DNA from: Bacteroidales bacterium
GTDB taxonomy: Bacteria; Bacteroidota; Bacteroidia; Bacteroidales; Bacteroidaceae
Reading direction: 5' to 3'
DNA length: 64,000 bases
Assembly: GCA_004555245.1 (NCBI GenBank)
Contig: SFIS01000003.1
Location: forward strand, 11,306 to 75,305
Shown here: positions 7,462-17,025 of the stretch, piece after piece
Layout: every line of letters begins with the position of its first letter
Numbering within the stretch: position 1 is the first letter of the stretch
Notes under the pieces: model-generated
Database searches by the model: none
What the model was told of the DNA's origin: nothing
The model's input: only the letters and a program-made list of their open reading frames with translations
Program-made: the position numbers and the translations under genes

Positions 7462-9627
7462 TCAGGGCAGAGGCTGAAGACCTTCCCATCGGACATCCCA
7501 GTTTCCGTCGTCGGGGAAGCCGGGGTTTCGTCTGGTGCAGCCGTCCCATCCGGCGCACATGAGGGCGACGGCAGAGAGCAGGCCGCCGTTGCCGGGGAGA
7601 TAGAGGCGCAGCCTCTTGTCCTGATAGTTATGCCCGTTGGGAAGATAGGTGTTCTTCTGCACGTCCATCAGCAGGGCATCGACGGCTTTCTCCGGCTGTA
7701 GGAGACGTGTGGCGGTCATGGCGGTCATGGGGAAGTCCCAGCCCCATGAGGTGGGCCAGTTCCAGTTGCCGGCAATCCAGTTCAGTGTCTTCTCCATCAC
7801 ACTGCGGTTGATGAGACGGCTGTCAGGGAAGAAACCGAGAGCTCCGAGAAGCGCGGGATGGTCGGACGTGGCTTTCACGTTGGTGTAGGTGTCGGTGGCG
7901 GATTCGGCGGCGAGATAGAGAGAATCGCTGTTGAAGGCGAGGACGGAGAGACGGTCGATGAGACGGTCCCAGCTCTTCACGCGCGGCAATCCAAGACGCT
8001 CGTTCCATTGCTGCGCCATAGACATCGTGGTGTGCCACTGGGAGAGTTCGAAGGGGGAGTTCAGGGTGACCGAGGCTTTCAGCGATTCCTGGGCAGGGAT
8101 ATTGCCGCGCAGGATGTAGCGTCGGCGCTTCTTGTCGTAGTTGGCGAAGCTGTACATGAAGGCTGCGGTGCTCTCGACGAGAGGGTGGTACTGCCGCAGG
8201 AATGTGGTGTCGCCCGTGGCGCGATAGACGAGTTCGGCAAGATAGATGAGATGCGGCTGCTGCCAGATGAGGAACGACCCGACGTTAGACGGCGCTTCGT
8301 TGCCTGAAGGGTCGGTCATCTTCATCCAGCGGATGCCGTCGAAACCCTGGCGGCGTGCTATGCCGCGGGCGACAGGTTCTACGGTGGCGTACCAGCCGAG
8401 TGTCCTGGCGAGCATCTCGGGATGTCCCCACAGCGGCATCCACGCCTGATGCCACAGTATCATTTCGAGGTGGAACTTCCCGAACCATGAGTTCATCGTC
8501 AGTCCTGTCTCCTGGGGAGGCATTGAGCCGGCACACTGGATGGCGAGGAGATATTGTGAGAGAACGACGCGGCGTTCGAGTTCGCGGGCTCGCGCGTCGC
8601 GGCAATGTGAGAAATCCACTGCCGCCCCGCTCGTCCAGAAGTCGTGCCAGTGTGCGGATGACGCGCTGCGGACAACGGAGTAGGATGTGGCGCGTATGTC
8701 CTTCTCGTCGCAGGGCGTGGCAGGCAGGTTCTGGCAGAACTCTACGCTGAAGTCTAAGTTGTCTGATGCGGGACGGAGGGTGTAGGTGTGGGGCGCGGAG
8801 GGACAGAGGCTGGCATCCTGCTGCCAGCGCACTATTATATAATAGGTGTAATTGTCGAGGGTGTGGCGGATGACGGCATGATGTCTGCCTTCTGCTACGA
8901 AGGCAGAGGTGTGGAGCCCGGGCTTCTGCCAGTCGCAGCCGTCATCGACATGGCCGCCCGTGGGGTAGGGCAGGCGCAAAGAGACGGGGGCGTGGGGCGC
9001 CGTCACTCCAGAGAAAGACGGCTTGTAGGTGACGGAGCACGATATCATGTCGCGGGTGGGCGAGCAGACGGTGTGGACAGCATAGTACTGTCCGTCAACG
9101 GAGAAATGCGAGTTCAGCTCGCCGTTCCATATATCGAGTGTCTGATGGATGTCGCGGATGTCGGACGGAGTGATGCCGCGACGCAGCGACTGAAAGTCGA
9201 AGCCTACGATGCCGAGATGCAGACGGTGGGGGTTGCTGCGGAAATAGTCGCTCGCGTCGCGCTGACGACCTTTCTCACGAAACTGGCAGGCGTAGAGCTC
9301 TCTGGAAGAGTGATGGCCGAAATCGAAGGGCTTGAGAACCTCGGAAAACTCGTAGCCCTCGCTGTTCGGGAACGAATGCCAGCCCCACTCGCTCTGAGTG
9401 CCGAGACAAACGCCGTTCTTGTACTGCTCGGGGAAGGACTGCAGACCCGTAACGTCGGCGGTGAAGGCGAAACGTCCGTTGCCCACACTGAGCGACGACA
9501 GTGTGTCAAGTCTTGTCACAACTGGTATGTTGCGGGTGACAAGGGCATGGCGGTCAATCTTCGACTTGTTGTCTGCATGAACCGCAACGAGAGAGAAAAG
9601 GAGAAGGATGGTCAGGATTTTTTTCAT
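7462..9627 (-). CDS. Secreted six-hairpin glycosidase (GH65-like/unclassified)
   Basis: Signal peptide MKKILTILLLFSLVAVHA; IDRHALVTRN, LSVGNGRFAFTADVTGLQ, NSWFGKFHLEM, WGWDFPM, YLPGNGGLL. Confidence 0.7.
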   Translation of the reverse strand: MKKILTILLLFSLVAVHADNKSKIDRHALVTRNIPVVTRLDTLSSLSVGNGRFAFTADVTGLQSFPEQYKNGVCLGTQSEWGWHSFPNSEGYEFSEVLKPFDFGHHSSRELYACQFREKGRQRDASDYFRSNPHRLHLGIVGFDFQSLRRGITPSDIRDIHQTLDIWNGELNSHFSVDGQYYAVHTVCSPTRDMISCSVTYKPSFSGVTAPHAPVSLRLPYPTGGHVDDGCDWQKPGLHTSAFVAEGRHHAVIRHTLDNYTYYIIVRWQQDASLCPSAPHTYTLRPASDNLDFSVEFCQNLPATPCDEKDIRATSYSVVRSASSAHWHDFWTSGAAVDFSHCRDARARELERRVVLSQYLLAIQCAGSMPPQETGLTMNSWFGKFHLEMILWHQAWMPLWGHPEMLARTLGWYATVEPVARGIARRQGFDGIRWMKMTDPSGNEAPSNVGSFLIWQQPHLIYLAELVYRATGDTTFLRQYHPLVESTAAFMYSFANYDKKRRRYILRGNIPAQESLKASVTLNSPFELSQWHTTMSMAQQWNERLGLPRVKSWDRLIDRLSVLAFNSDSLYLAAESATDTYTNVKATSDHPALLGALGFFPDSRLINRSVMEKTLNWIAGNWNWPTSWGWDFPMTAMTATRLLQPEKAVDALLMDVQKNTYLPNGHNYQDKRLRLYLPGNGGLLSAVALMCAGWDGCTRRNPGFPDDGNWDVRWEGLQPLP

Positions 9628-9770
9628 ATCTGTGGTTTTAGGTTGGTCAGTAAGGGTTTCCTTGATGTGATGTTGATAACGACAGATGCTGTTGTTATGC
9701 AAAATTAAAAAAAAAAATTAATATGCCCAATAATTTATAAAGCAAATAACGTTTATTGAAAAAAAAAACT

Positions 9771-9778
9771 TAACTTTG
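9771..9778 (+). promoter_or_regulatory. Sigma-A -7 box for the NrdJ-C/folB/amidase/mlaD/dnaA run
   Basis: TAACTTTG(C); a divergent minus-strand box (CAAAATTA) lies at 9700-9707. Confidence 0.7.
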
Positions 9779-9859
9779 CAGTCGGAAACTCGTCCGAAGG
9801 ACTCACTGACCAAAGCAACCTTGTCGGTGAAACCGGAAGGTGATGAGCGAAGGGAAGTA

Positions 9860-9946
9860 AAAATCAGAGACGGGCACCATTTGCCTGCGATGCTACGCCC
9901 CGCAGCCAAGTGACAAGCCCTATCTTCCGACTGCGAGGAAGCAGTC
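9860..9946 (+). ncRNA. Candidate structured cis-regulatory RNA, copy 2
   Basis: 78/87 identical to 2131-2217; perfect GACTGC-GAGGAA-GCAGTC hairpin; ends 18 nt before ATG 9965. Confidence 0.65.
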
Positions 9947-9964
9947 GATAATTGAGAAACAGAC

Positions 9965-10465
9965 ATGAGCAACAATACATCTCAAACATGTAATACGGAA
10001 TCATTGCGCACTGTTGTGGAAGTGAGACCCGAGATTCTGGAGTGTGACGTGGTACGTTTCCAGAACAACAAGGAGAAATGGGTGGCTTTCGTCGGACTGC
10101 TTGACGGACGCCCTTACGAAATCTTCACCGGCTTGCAGGACGATGAAGAGGGTATCGTGCTGCCAAAAAACGTCAATGCAGGGAAGATCATAAAATGTGT
10201 CAACCCGGACGGAACGAAGCGATACGACTTCCAGTTCGAGAACAGAAAGGGATACAAGACTACCGTAGAGGGACTGTCGGAGAAATTCAATCCCGAATAT
10301 TGGAACTATGCGAAGCTGATTTCCGGAATACTGAGATACGGCATGCCCATAGAGAATGTCGTGAAACTCGTATCTTCGATGGAGATGCGCACTGACAGCA
10401 TCAACAACTGGGCGGCGGGTGTAGAGAGAGCCTTGAAGAAATATTTGCCTTCTGGCACTAATTAA
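9965..10465 (+). CDS. Stand-alone C-terminal (TSCPD-like) domain of class II ribonucleotide reductase NrdJ
   Basis: RPEILECDVVRFQNNKEKWVAFVGLLDGRPYEIFTG...YWNYAKLISGILRYGMP...GVERALKKY resembles the Bacteroides NrdJ C-terminal region; no catalytic barrel. Confidence 0.75.
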   Translation: MSNNTSQTCNTESLRTVVEVRPEILECDVVRFQNNKEKWVAFVGLLDGRPYEIFTGLQDDEEGIVLPKNVNAGKIIKCVNPDGTKRYDFQFENRKGYKTTVEGLSEKFNPEYWNYAKLISGILRYGMPIENVVKLVSSMEMRTDSINNWAAGVERALKKYLPSGTN

Positions 10466-10487
10466 TCAAGCTGTTTACCGGAACGCT

Positions 10488-10853
10488 ATGCGCAAGACTT
10501 ACGTCTATATAGAGAATATGCGTATGCACGCCTTTCACGGAGTGATGCCGCAGGAGCGGAGCGTCGGCAACGACTATGTCCTCAACGTGAGAGTAGGCTG
10601 TCCGTGGATTGAGGCGGCAAAGACCGACGACGTATCGTTAACGCTGAACTACGCCACTCTTGCATCGCTTGTGGAAGATGTGATGGGGAAGCCGGTCAAT
10701 CTTCTCGAAACTGTGGCGGCGACAATAGCTGAAGAGATAAAGCACCGCTTCGGAAATGTCTCGTCGATAGAGATTGACATAAAGAAGGTTGCGCCTCCTA
10801 TCGGACAGCATACCGGCGGATGCGGCGTGACATACAAGGAAGATGTCGGCTGA
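10488..10853 (+). CDS. folB: Dihydroneopterin aldolase
   Basis: HAFHGVMPQER..GN, DDVSLTLNY, NLLETVA, KKVAPPI. Confidence 0.9.
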   Translation: MRKTYVYIENMRMHAFHGVMPQERSVGNDYVLNVRVGCPWIEAAKTDDVSLTLNYATLASLVEDVMGKPVNLLETVAATIAEEIKHRFGNVSSIEIDIKKVAPPIGQHTGGCGVTYKEDVG

Positions 10854-10935
10854 TGCCCGCCCCGCGCATCGTGAGACTGCACCTGCCCCGAATGTTCGTG
10901 CATAAACTAAGGCTCGTGTATCAGGAAAAGAAAAC

Positions 10936-12180
10936 GTGACCCACACTTTGAAACATATAATCTGCATATTGTGCCTGATGATGTTGTCTGCCGCTGCCAT
11001 GGCTGACGACAGGAAATTCGTGCTCGTCATTGATGCCGGACACGGCGGACATGACGCAGGAGCCGTCGGCTCGTTCATGAAAGAGAAAGACATAAACCTC
11101 AATACCGCACTCGCCTTCGGACAGTATGTCGAGAGAAACTGTCAGGATGTGAAGGTGGTATATACCAGAACGAAGGATGTCTTCGTGCCGTTGCACCGAC
11201 GTGCGGAGATAGCCAACCGCAATCATGCGGATGTCTTCATATCCATTCATACCAACGCACTGCCTGCAGGAAGGATAGCCCGAGGCGTGGAAACGTACAC
11301 CATGGGTATGAGGCGTGCCGACGAGAAACTGTCGGCGGCACAGCGTGAGAACTCTGTAATCACAATAGAGGAAGACTACGAGGAGCATTATGCGGGCTAC
11401 GACCCCAACTCGCCCGAATCTGCGATAATGTTCGAGTTCATTCACGACAAGAACATGGCGAAGAGCGTCGAACTTGCGAAACATGTGCAACGTGAGGTAT
11501 GCAGCTCAGCGGCAAGAACCAACAAGGGCGTCAAGCAGGACGTCTTTCTCGTATTGAGAGAGACGTCCATGCCTGCATGCCTGATAGAGCTGGGGTATAT
11601 CTCCACGCCGGACGAAGAACAGTTCCTCAGCAACAAGGCGAACACCGACCGTCTGGCTTACGGCATATACAACGCTTTCGTCGCATACAAGAACGAACAC
11701 TCGTTTGCCAAAGACAGCGACAGCCACAACGCCGGCAACAACAGACATGAACCTGTCAGCAGACCTGCCGCAGACAACGCCCCTGCCGACAGTGACAAGA
11801 AAGAAGAAAGGAAAGAAAAGAAGAAAACAGAAGGAGACAAAGATGTTGCAGAGAACAGGACTGCCAACGATGGCGACGATGTATCCTATGTCCGACAGAA
11901 GCCTGACACACAAGACAGCGGGGACAAGGAGGCAAAGACCGTCTTCAAAGTGCAGTTCCTGACAGGACCCAGAGTGCTGCCCGAAGGAGCGCCGCAGTTC
12001 AAGGGGCTGAAGAATGTCTCACACTATAAAGACGGAAATGTCGTAAAATTCACTGTGGGAGAGTTTGCAACCGTCGCCGAGGCAGCACGTATGAAAAACG
12101 AGATAAAGGCCAGCTTCCCCGACGCTTTTGTCATCGCCATGAAGGACGGAAAACGCATCGACCTGAACAAGGCAAGGTAA
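10936..12180 (+). CDS. N-acetylmuramoyl-L-alanine amidase (Amidase_3) with C-terminal SPOR-like region
   Basis: VIDAGHGGHDAGA, EKDINL, FISIHTNA, MPACLIELGYIS. Confidence 0.9.
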   Translation: MTHTLKHIICILCLMMLSAAAMADDRKFVLVIDAGHGGHDAGAVGSFMKEKDINLNTALAFGQYVERNCQDVKVVYTRTKDVFVPLHRRAEIANRNHADVFISIHTNALPAGRIARGVETYTMGMRRADEKLSAAQRENSVITIEEDYEEHYAGYDPNSPESAIMFEFIHDKNMAKSVELAKHVQREVCSSAARTNKGVKQDVFLVLRETSMPACLIELGYISTPDEEQFLSNKANTDRLAYGIYNAFVAYKNEHSFAKDSDSHNAGNNRHEPVSRPAADNAPADSDKKEERKEKKKTEGDKDVAENRTANDGDDVSYVRQKPDTQDSGDKEAKTVFKVQFLTGPRVLPEGAPQFKGLKNVSHYKDGNVVKFTVGEFATVAEAARMKNEIKASFPDAFVIAMKDGKRIDLNKAR

Positions 12181-12284
12181 AAGACACCGTTACCCCCGTC
12201 TGCCATAATAACTGAACCTCCGACTTGTCAGCTGAAAAATACTTCTCAACTGAAACATACCCCTCAACTATAAACCGCAAGAAT

Positions 12285-13193
12285 ATGAACAAGTTCTTTA
12301 CAAAAGAAGTGCGTATCGCACTCATGGTCATTGCCGGCATCATCCTGCTCTTCGTCGGCATGAACTTTCTGAAAGGCATCATCGTCTTCTCCAACGACAA
12401 CTCATACAAGGTCATTATGGACAATATCAACGGACTGGCAGCCTCAAGTCCTGTCTATGCCGACGGTTACAAGGTCGGTGTGGTGAGAGACATACAGTAT
12501 GACTATCAGGGCGACCAGGACGGGATTGTCGTAACCATCGACGTGGACAAGAACCTGAGGATTCCGGCAGGCTCGACAGCAGAGGTTGACGCCGACCTTA
12601 TGGGCAACCTGAAACTCAACCTCCTGCTTGCAAACAACATGAGGCAGCGCATCGAACCCGGCGGTACGATCAGAGGCTCGCTCAGTTCCGGCATGATGGA
12701 AGACGTGGCTCTCATGCTCCCGCAGATAAAGGCGATGCTGCCGAAAATCGATTCCATCCTTACAAGTGTCAACACCCTCATGGCCGACCCAGCCCTCGCC
12801 GCGATTCTCCATAACGCGGCAGCGACGACAGAGAACCTGAGGACTTCAACGGCACAGCTCGACAGACTCCTCGGACAGATGGAACAGACCGTCCCGGGAA
12901 TGCTTAAGAAAGCCGACAACACTCTCGCAAATACCGAGGCGCTGACAGACAGCCTCGCAAAGATAGACTTTGCGGCAACCGTGGCTGACATCAACGAAAC
13001 AGTGGAGAACTGCAAACGACTGACAGCCAAGCTCACCGCACCGGAAGGGACGATAGGCAAACTCCTCACCGACCCGTCGCTCTACGACAACATGAACGCC
13101 ACGATGAGAGACGCCGACTCGCTCATGATTGACCTGAAGGCCCACCCCAAACGATATGTTCACTTCTCCATCTTCGGAAAAAAAGACAAATAG
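12285..13193 (+). CDS. MlaD/MCE family protein
   Basis: N-terminal TM segment, GLAASSPVYADGYKVGVV, GTIGKLLTDPSLY, DLKAHPKRYVHFSIFG. Confidence 0.85.
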   Translation: MNKFFTKEVRIALMVIAGIILLFVGMNFLKGIIVFSNDNSYKVIMDNINGLAASSPVYADGYKVGVVRDIQYDYQGDQDGIVVTIDVDKNLRIPAGSTAEVDADLMGNLKLNLLLANNMRQRIEPGGTIRGSLSSGMMEDVALMLPQIKAMLPKIDSILTSVNTLMADPALAAILHNAAATTENLRTSTAQLDRLLGQMEQTVPGMLKKADNTLANTEALTDSLAKIDFAATVADINETVENCKRLTAKLTAPEGTIGKLLTDPSLYDNMNATMRDADSLMIDLKAHPKRYVHFSIFGKKDK

Positions 13194-13205
13194 AAAGCAA
13201 ACGGC

Positions 13206-14609
13206 GTGACAGAATACAACAACAAATGGGAAAAGGCGAAGCTCACCATAAAGAACGAGCTTGCGGCCGCTGACAGAAACGGGGAGTTTGACACCTGGTT
13301 CCAGCCCCTGATGTACGAATCATACGACAAGGCTGCAAACAAACTCCTCATAAAGGTTCCCTCGGCTACGCACTGCGAGAAACTCGACAAGCACTATATG
13401 CCCTTGCTCGCAAAGGTGCTCATCCCGTTTTTCGGGAAAGGGCTGTGCCTCAACTACCGTATCACGGTAGATAAGGAGAACAACAAGACCGTTGTCGAGG
13501 AGCAGGAGACGGAACTCGTCAATGCGAGGGCGAACGCCGCAAGGAAACGCACCGCCCTGCCAGACATCGACCCACAGCTCGACCCTCGCCTCAACTTCAA
13601 GAACTTCATCGAGGGAGATTCCAACAGACTGTCGCGCTCTATCGGCATCATGGTGGCAGAGCATCCGAAGAACACCAAGTTCAATCCGATGTTCGTCTTC
13701 GGAGCCTCCGGCGTAGGGAAGACACACCTTGTCAATGCCATAGGCATACGCGCAAAGGAACTGTACCCGCACCTGAGAGTGCTCTACGTCTCGGCACGCA
13801 TCTTCCAGCAGCAGTACACCACCGCCGTACAGAAGAACACCGTCAACGATTTCATCGCCTTCTACCAGACACTCGACATCCTCATTGTAGATGACATACA
13901 GGAGTGGGCGTCGTCTGTCGCTACGCAGAACACCTTCTTCCATATCTTCGACTATCTCTTCCGCCAGTCGAAACGCATCGTGCTCGTCTCCGACAGGTCG
14001 CCCGCACAGCTGCGAGGCATGCATGAACGTCTCATCACACGCTTTGCCTGCGGCGCCACTTTAGAGGTGGAGAAGCCCAATCCGCAACTGTGCATCGACA
14101 TACTGAAAAGCAAGATAAGCCGCGAAGGACTTACGGAAACCATACCGGAAGATGTAGTCGAATATATCGCCGACAAGGCGAAAGGCAGCGTCAGAGACCT
14201 GCAGGGCGTCATCAACTCCATCATGGCATACTCCGTCAACGACAACTCGCCCATCGACCTCAAGTTTGCAGAGAAGGTCGTCAGACGTATCGTGAGTACA
14301 TCTGACGAGCCTGTCACGCTCGATTTCATCATGGACACCGTCTGCGAACGTCTCAATGTCTCGCCACAGGACATCAACGGAAAGAGCAGGAAGAAAGACA
14401 TCGTAAGGGCAAGACAGATCGTCATGTATCTCTCGCAGAGGATGACATCACTGCCGGCACTGAGAGTTGGACGCCTCATAGGAGGCAGAGACCATTCTAC
14501 AGTCATTCACAGCTGCAGGAAGATTGAGGCGGAGCGGAGGGCCGACCAGGCTCTCGTTGATCTCATCGCGTCTCTTGAAAAAGAGATAAAGTCTCTCAAG
14601 AAGCAGTGA
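13206..14609 (+). CDS. dnaA: Chromosomal replication initiator DnaA
   Basis: FNPMFVFGASGVGKTHL Walker A, DILIVDDIQ, SVRDLQG, GGRDHSTVIHS. Confidence 0.95.
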   Translation: MTEYNNKWEKAKLTIKNELAAADRNGEFDTWFQPLMYESYDKAANKLLIKVPSATHCEKLDKHYMPLLAKVLIPFFGKGLCLNYRITVDKENNKTVVEEQETELVNARANAARKRTALPDIDPQLDPRLNFKNFIEGDSNRLSRSIGIMVAEHPKNTKFNPMFVFGASGVGKTHLVNAIGIRAKELYPHLRVLYVSARIFQQQYTTAVQKNTVNDFIAFYQTLDILIVDDIQEWASSVATQNTFFHIFDYLFRQSKRIVLVSDRSPAQLRGMHERLITRFACGATLEVEKPNPQLCIDILKSKISREGLTETIPEDVVEYIADKAKGSVRDLQGVINSIMAYSVNDNSPIDLKFAEKVVRRIVSTSDEPVTLDFIMDTVCERLNVSPQDINGKSRKKDIVRARQIVMYLSQRMTSLPALRVGRLIGGRDHSTVIHSCRKIEAERRADQALVDLIASLEKEIKSLKKQ

Positions 14610-14675
14610 ACCCCACAGTTGTGGGACGAGAAAAAACTGAGGGGAGCGAAAGAATCTGCATGAGATGCGGGAGAC

Positions 14676-14746
14676 AAAAAAATCTGGTGCTATACTCGAC
14701 GTACCACACCAGACAAGCAACATGCATTTAAATATCTTGTTAAATC
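14676..14746 (-). ncRNA. Candidate ~70-nt intergenic sRNA
   Basis: Minus-strand TAACTTTG box at 14752-14759, then ~70 nt ending in TCTGGTG...CACCAGA-T7 terminator; no credible ORF. Confidence 0.5.
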
Positions 14747-14984
14747 CGTTGCAAAGTTAGCGAATAATTTTCTAATATACAAGAATAACCCCATTTTTTT
14801 ATCATAAAACATAAAAAAAAAGACCGTCACGTGTCATTTCTTGCTGATGTCACGTTGTGGCGGACAGCATCGGACGGTGTGTGAAAAGCGGAGACTTATG
14901 TTTCCGTTTTTTTTGTTTCTGTCATTTCCCAGCCCGTCCCATGTCTTTGTGCCGGTGTGCGTGTTAGTGTTTGTATAACGAGAA

Positions 14985-15012
14985 ACAGCCCCCATCTCAC
15001 GATGAAGGCTGT
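14985..15012 (-). terminator. Intrinsic terminator after rnfA
   Basis: Minus strand ACAGCCTTCATC-GTGA-GATGGGGGCTGT-TTCT. Confidence 0.75.
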
Positions 15013-15102
15013 CAACAACACAAACACAAAATAACTTGTGCCTTTCGGCATCAAGTGAAATTTATTGTTCTTTCTTTAGGTGATATGTCATTTCCGATGG
15101 TT

Positions 15103-15705
15103 TTATTCAATGCCGAAAAGCACCTTCAGTCCGCCATCGACACCGGAGAATCCCATGAATGAGAGAGCAAGCAGGGCAGCAGTGATGAGTGTGATGCTCA
15201 CGCCCCGCATGGCCTTGGGGACGGTGGCGAGTTCGAGCTGTTCTCTCAGTCCGGCGAAGAGGACGAGAGCGATGCCGAAGCCTATGGCAGACGCTATGGC
15301 ATAGTCGAGCGACATGAGGAGGCTGTAGTCCTTCTGTATGACAGAGATTGCCACGCCGAGCACGGCGCAATTTGTCGTGATGAGGGGCAGGAAGACGCCG
15401 AGGGCCTGATAGAGTGGGGGCGACACTTTCTTCAGTATGATCTCCACCATCTGCACAAGAGCTGCGATGACGAGGATGAAGGAGAGTGTCTGTAGATATT
15501 GCAGGTCGAAGGGAGTGAGCACGAGTGTCTGTATGAGCCATGTGACGAGAGTTGCGAGGAGCATGACAAACGCCACGGCGGCCGACATTCCGAGCGAGGT
15601 GTTCACCTTCTGGCTGACGCCGAGGAAGGGGCAGATGCCGAGGAACTGGCTGAGAACGATATTGTTTACGAATATCGCCGCAATGAAAATCAGTATGTAT
15701 TCCAT
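15103..15705 (-). CDS. rnfA: Rnf electron transport complex subunit A
   Basis: NNIVLSQFLGICPFLGVS, LPLITTNCAVLG. Confidence 0.95.
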   Translation of the reverse strand: MEYILIFIAAIFVNNIVLSQFLGICPFLGVSQKVNTSLGMSAAVAFVMLLATLVTWLIQTLVLTPFDLQYLQTLSFILVIAALVQMVEIILKKVSPPLYQALGVFLPLITTNCAVLGVAISVIQKDYSLLMSLDYAIASAIGFGIALVLFAGLREQLELATVPKAMRGVSITLITAALLALSFMGFSGVDGGLKVLFGIE

Positions 15706-15766
15706 AATGTTACTGTTGTTTTGTAATCGAAGTGATAGAGGGTTTTCCCTTTGTTTTCAGTCGCTC

Positions 15767-16348
15767 TCACTTCTTCATCTTGTTTATGATGGCGATGATG
15801 TATCCGAGGGTGAGGAATGCTCCCGGAGGCAGGATGAAGATAAGCATGCTGTAGTCTGCCGGTATGACGGAAGCTCCGAAGACGCTGCCGTTGCCGAGCA
15901 GTTCTCTGCAGATGCCGAGCAGTGTGAGGCCGATGGTGAAACCGAGACCGATGCCTATGCCGTCGAGTGCCGAATCAAGGACGTTGTTCTTGCAGGCGAA
16001 CGATTCGGCTCGTCCGAGAATGATGCAGTTGACGACGATGAGCGGTATGAAAAGTCCGAGCGACTTGTTGACGTCGGGCAGGTAGGCTGCGAGCGAGAAC
16101 TGCACTATTGTCACGAGGGTTGCAATGACGACGATATATACGGGGATGTGTACCATGTCGGGCGTCAGCTTCTTTATGAGCGAAATGACGATGTTAGAGC
16201 ATATCAGCACTGCCATGGTTGCCAGTCCCATCATCATGCCGTTGACTGCACTTGTCGTGGTGGCCAGTGTAGGACACATTCCGAGCATCAGTACGAAGGT
16301 GGGGTTCTCCTTCACGATGCCGTTGAGTATTATTCCGATTTTACTCAT
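15767..16348 (-). CDS. rnfE: Rnf subunit E
   Basis: ENPTFVLMLGMCPTLA, IPLIVVNCIILGRAE, LPPGAF. Confidence 0.95.
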   Translation of the reverse strand: MSKIGIILNGIVKENPTFVLMLGMCPTLATTTSAVNGMMMGLATMAVLICSNIVISLIKKLTPDMVHIPVYIVVIATLVTIVQFSLAAYLPDVNKSLGLFIPLIVVNCIILGRAESFACKNNVLDSALDGIGIGLGFTIGLTLLGICRELLGNGSVFGASVIPADYSMLIFILPPGAFLTLGYIIAIINKMKK

Positions 16349-16410
16349 GTTGTTTCTTTTTTTAAGGTGTGATCTGCTTTGTGAGGCTGTGAGGACCTGT
16401 GTGTGAGGCC

Positions 16411-17007
16411 TTATTTTGCGGCAGCCTTTTCAGCGAAGGTGTTGTAGGCTTCTCTCACGGCGCTTAGGAAGGCGCGTGACGTTATGGTAGATGCGGTGAT
16501 GGCATCGATGTCTCCACCGTCTTTCGACACGGTAAAGTTGTCGGTCTTGGGCGATTTTCCGACGATGGATGCCTTCTCGCTGTTTCCTCCGTTCTCTGGT
16601 TTCTGGAACCATTCTCCGGCTTTAGCGCCCAGTCCCGGTGTCTCTGCGTGTTCGAGCAGGGTGTATCCGAGTATTGTGCCGTTGTCGTCGAATCCTACGA
16701 GCACCTTCAGTTTTCCGCCGAAGGCGTTAGGGTCGGTCGATTCCACTGCCACGCCCTTGTCTGTGGTGTAGATGATGTATGTCGATTCTTTTCCGTTGAC
16801 AGTGCGTGTGACGGTCTCGGTGTTGTTCACTGTGACATTGTCAGTTGCGAGAACAGACTTTATGCCGTCGGCGAGGGTGAGCTCAGCCTGTTTCTCTATT
16901 GCCGGTTTGGTGAGCTGGTTGACGTATGCAAGCAGTCCGCCGCACACCAGTGCTACGCCGACAAGTACGAGCACCATGTTCTGTATGTTTGATTTGAGTT
17001 TTTCCAT
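16411..17007 (-). CDS. rnfG: Rnf subunit G
   Basis: ETPGLG and DAITASTITSRA FMN-attachment motif. Confidence 0.93.
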   Translation of the reverse strand: MEKLKSNIQNMVLVLVGVALVCGGLLAYVNQLTKPAIEKQAELTLADGIKSVLATDNVTVNNTETVTRTVNGKESTYIIYTTDKGVAVESTDPNAFGGKLKVLVGFDDNGTILGYTLLEHAETPGLGAKAGEWFQKPENGGNSEKASIVGKSPKTDNFTVSKDGGDIDAITASTITSRAFLSAVREAYNTFAEKAAAK

Positions 17008-17025
17008 AATTGTGGCTCTCCTTGT

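Noticed and set aside
9785..9946. Cobalamin, TPP or SAM-I/IV riboswitch assignment
   Set aside because: Short look-alike words (GGTGAAA, GGGAAG, GCAACC, AGCGAAGGGAAG) are present but out of order or without required helices; left unassigned pending cmscan
14610..15100. oriC next to dnaA
   Set aside because: I found no TTATCCACA-type DnaA box cluster; the region is explained by a promoter and terminators
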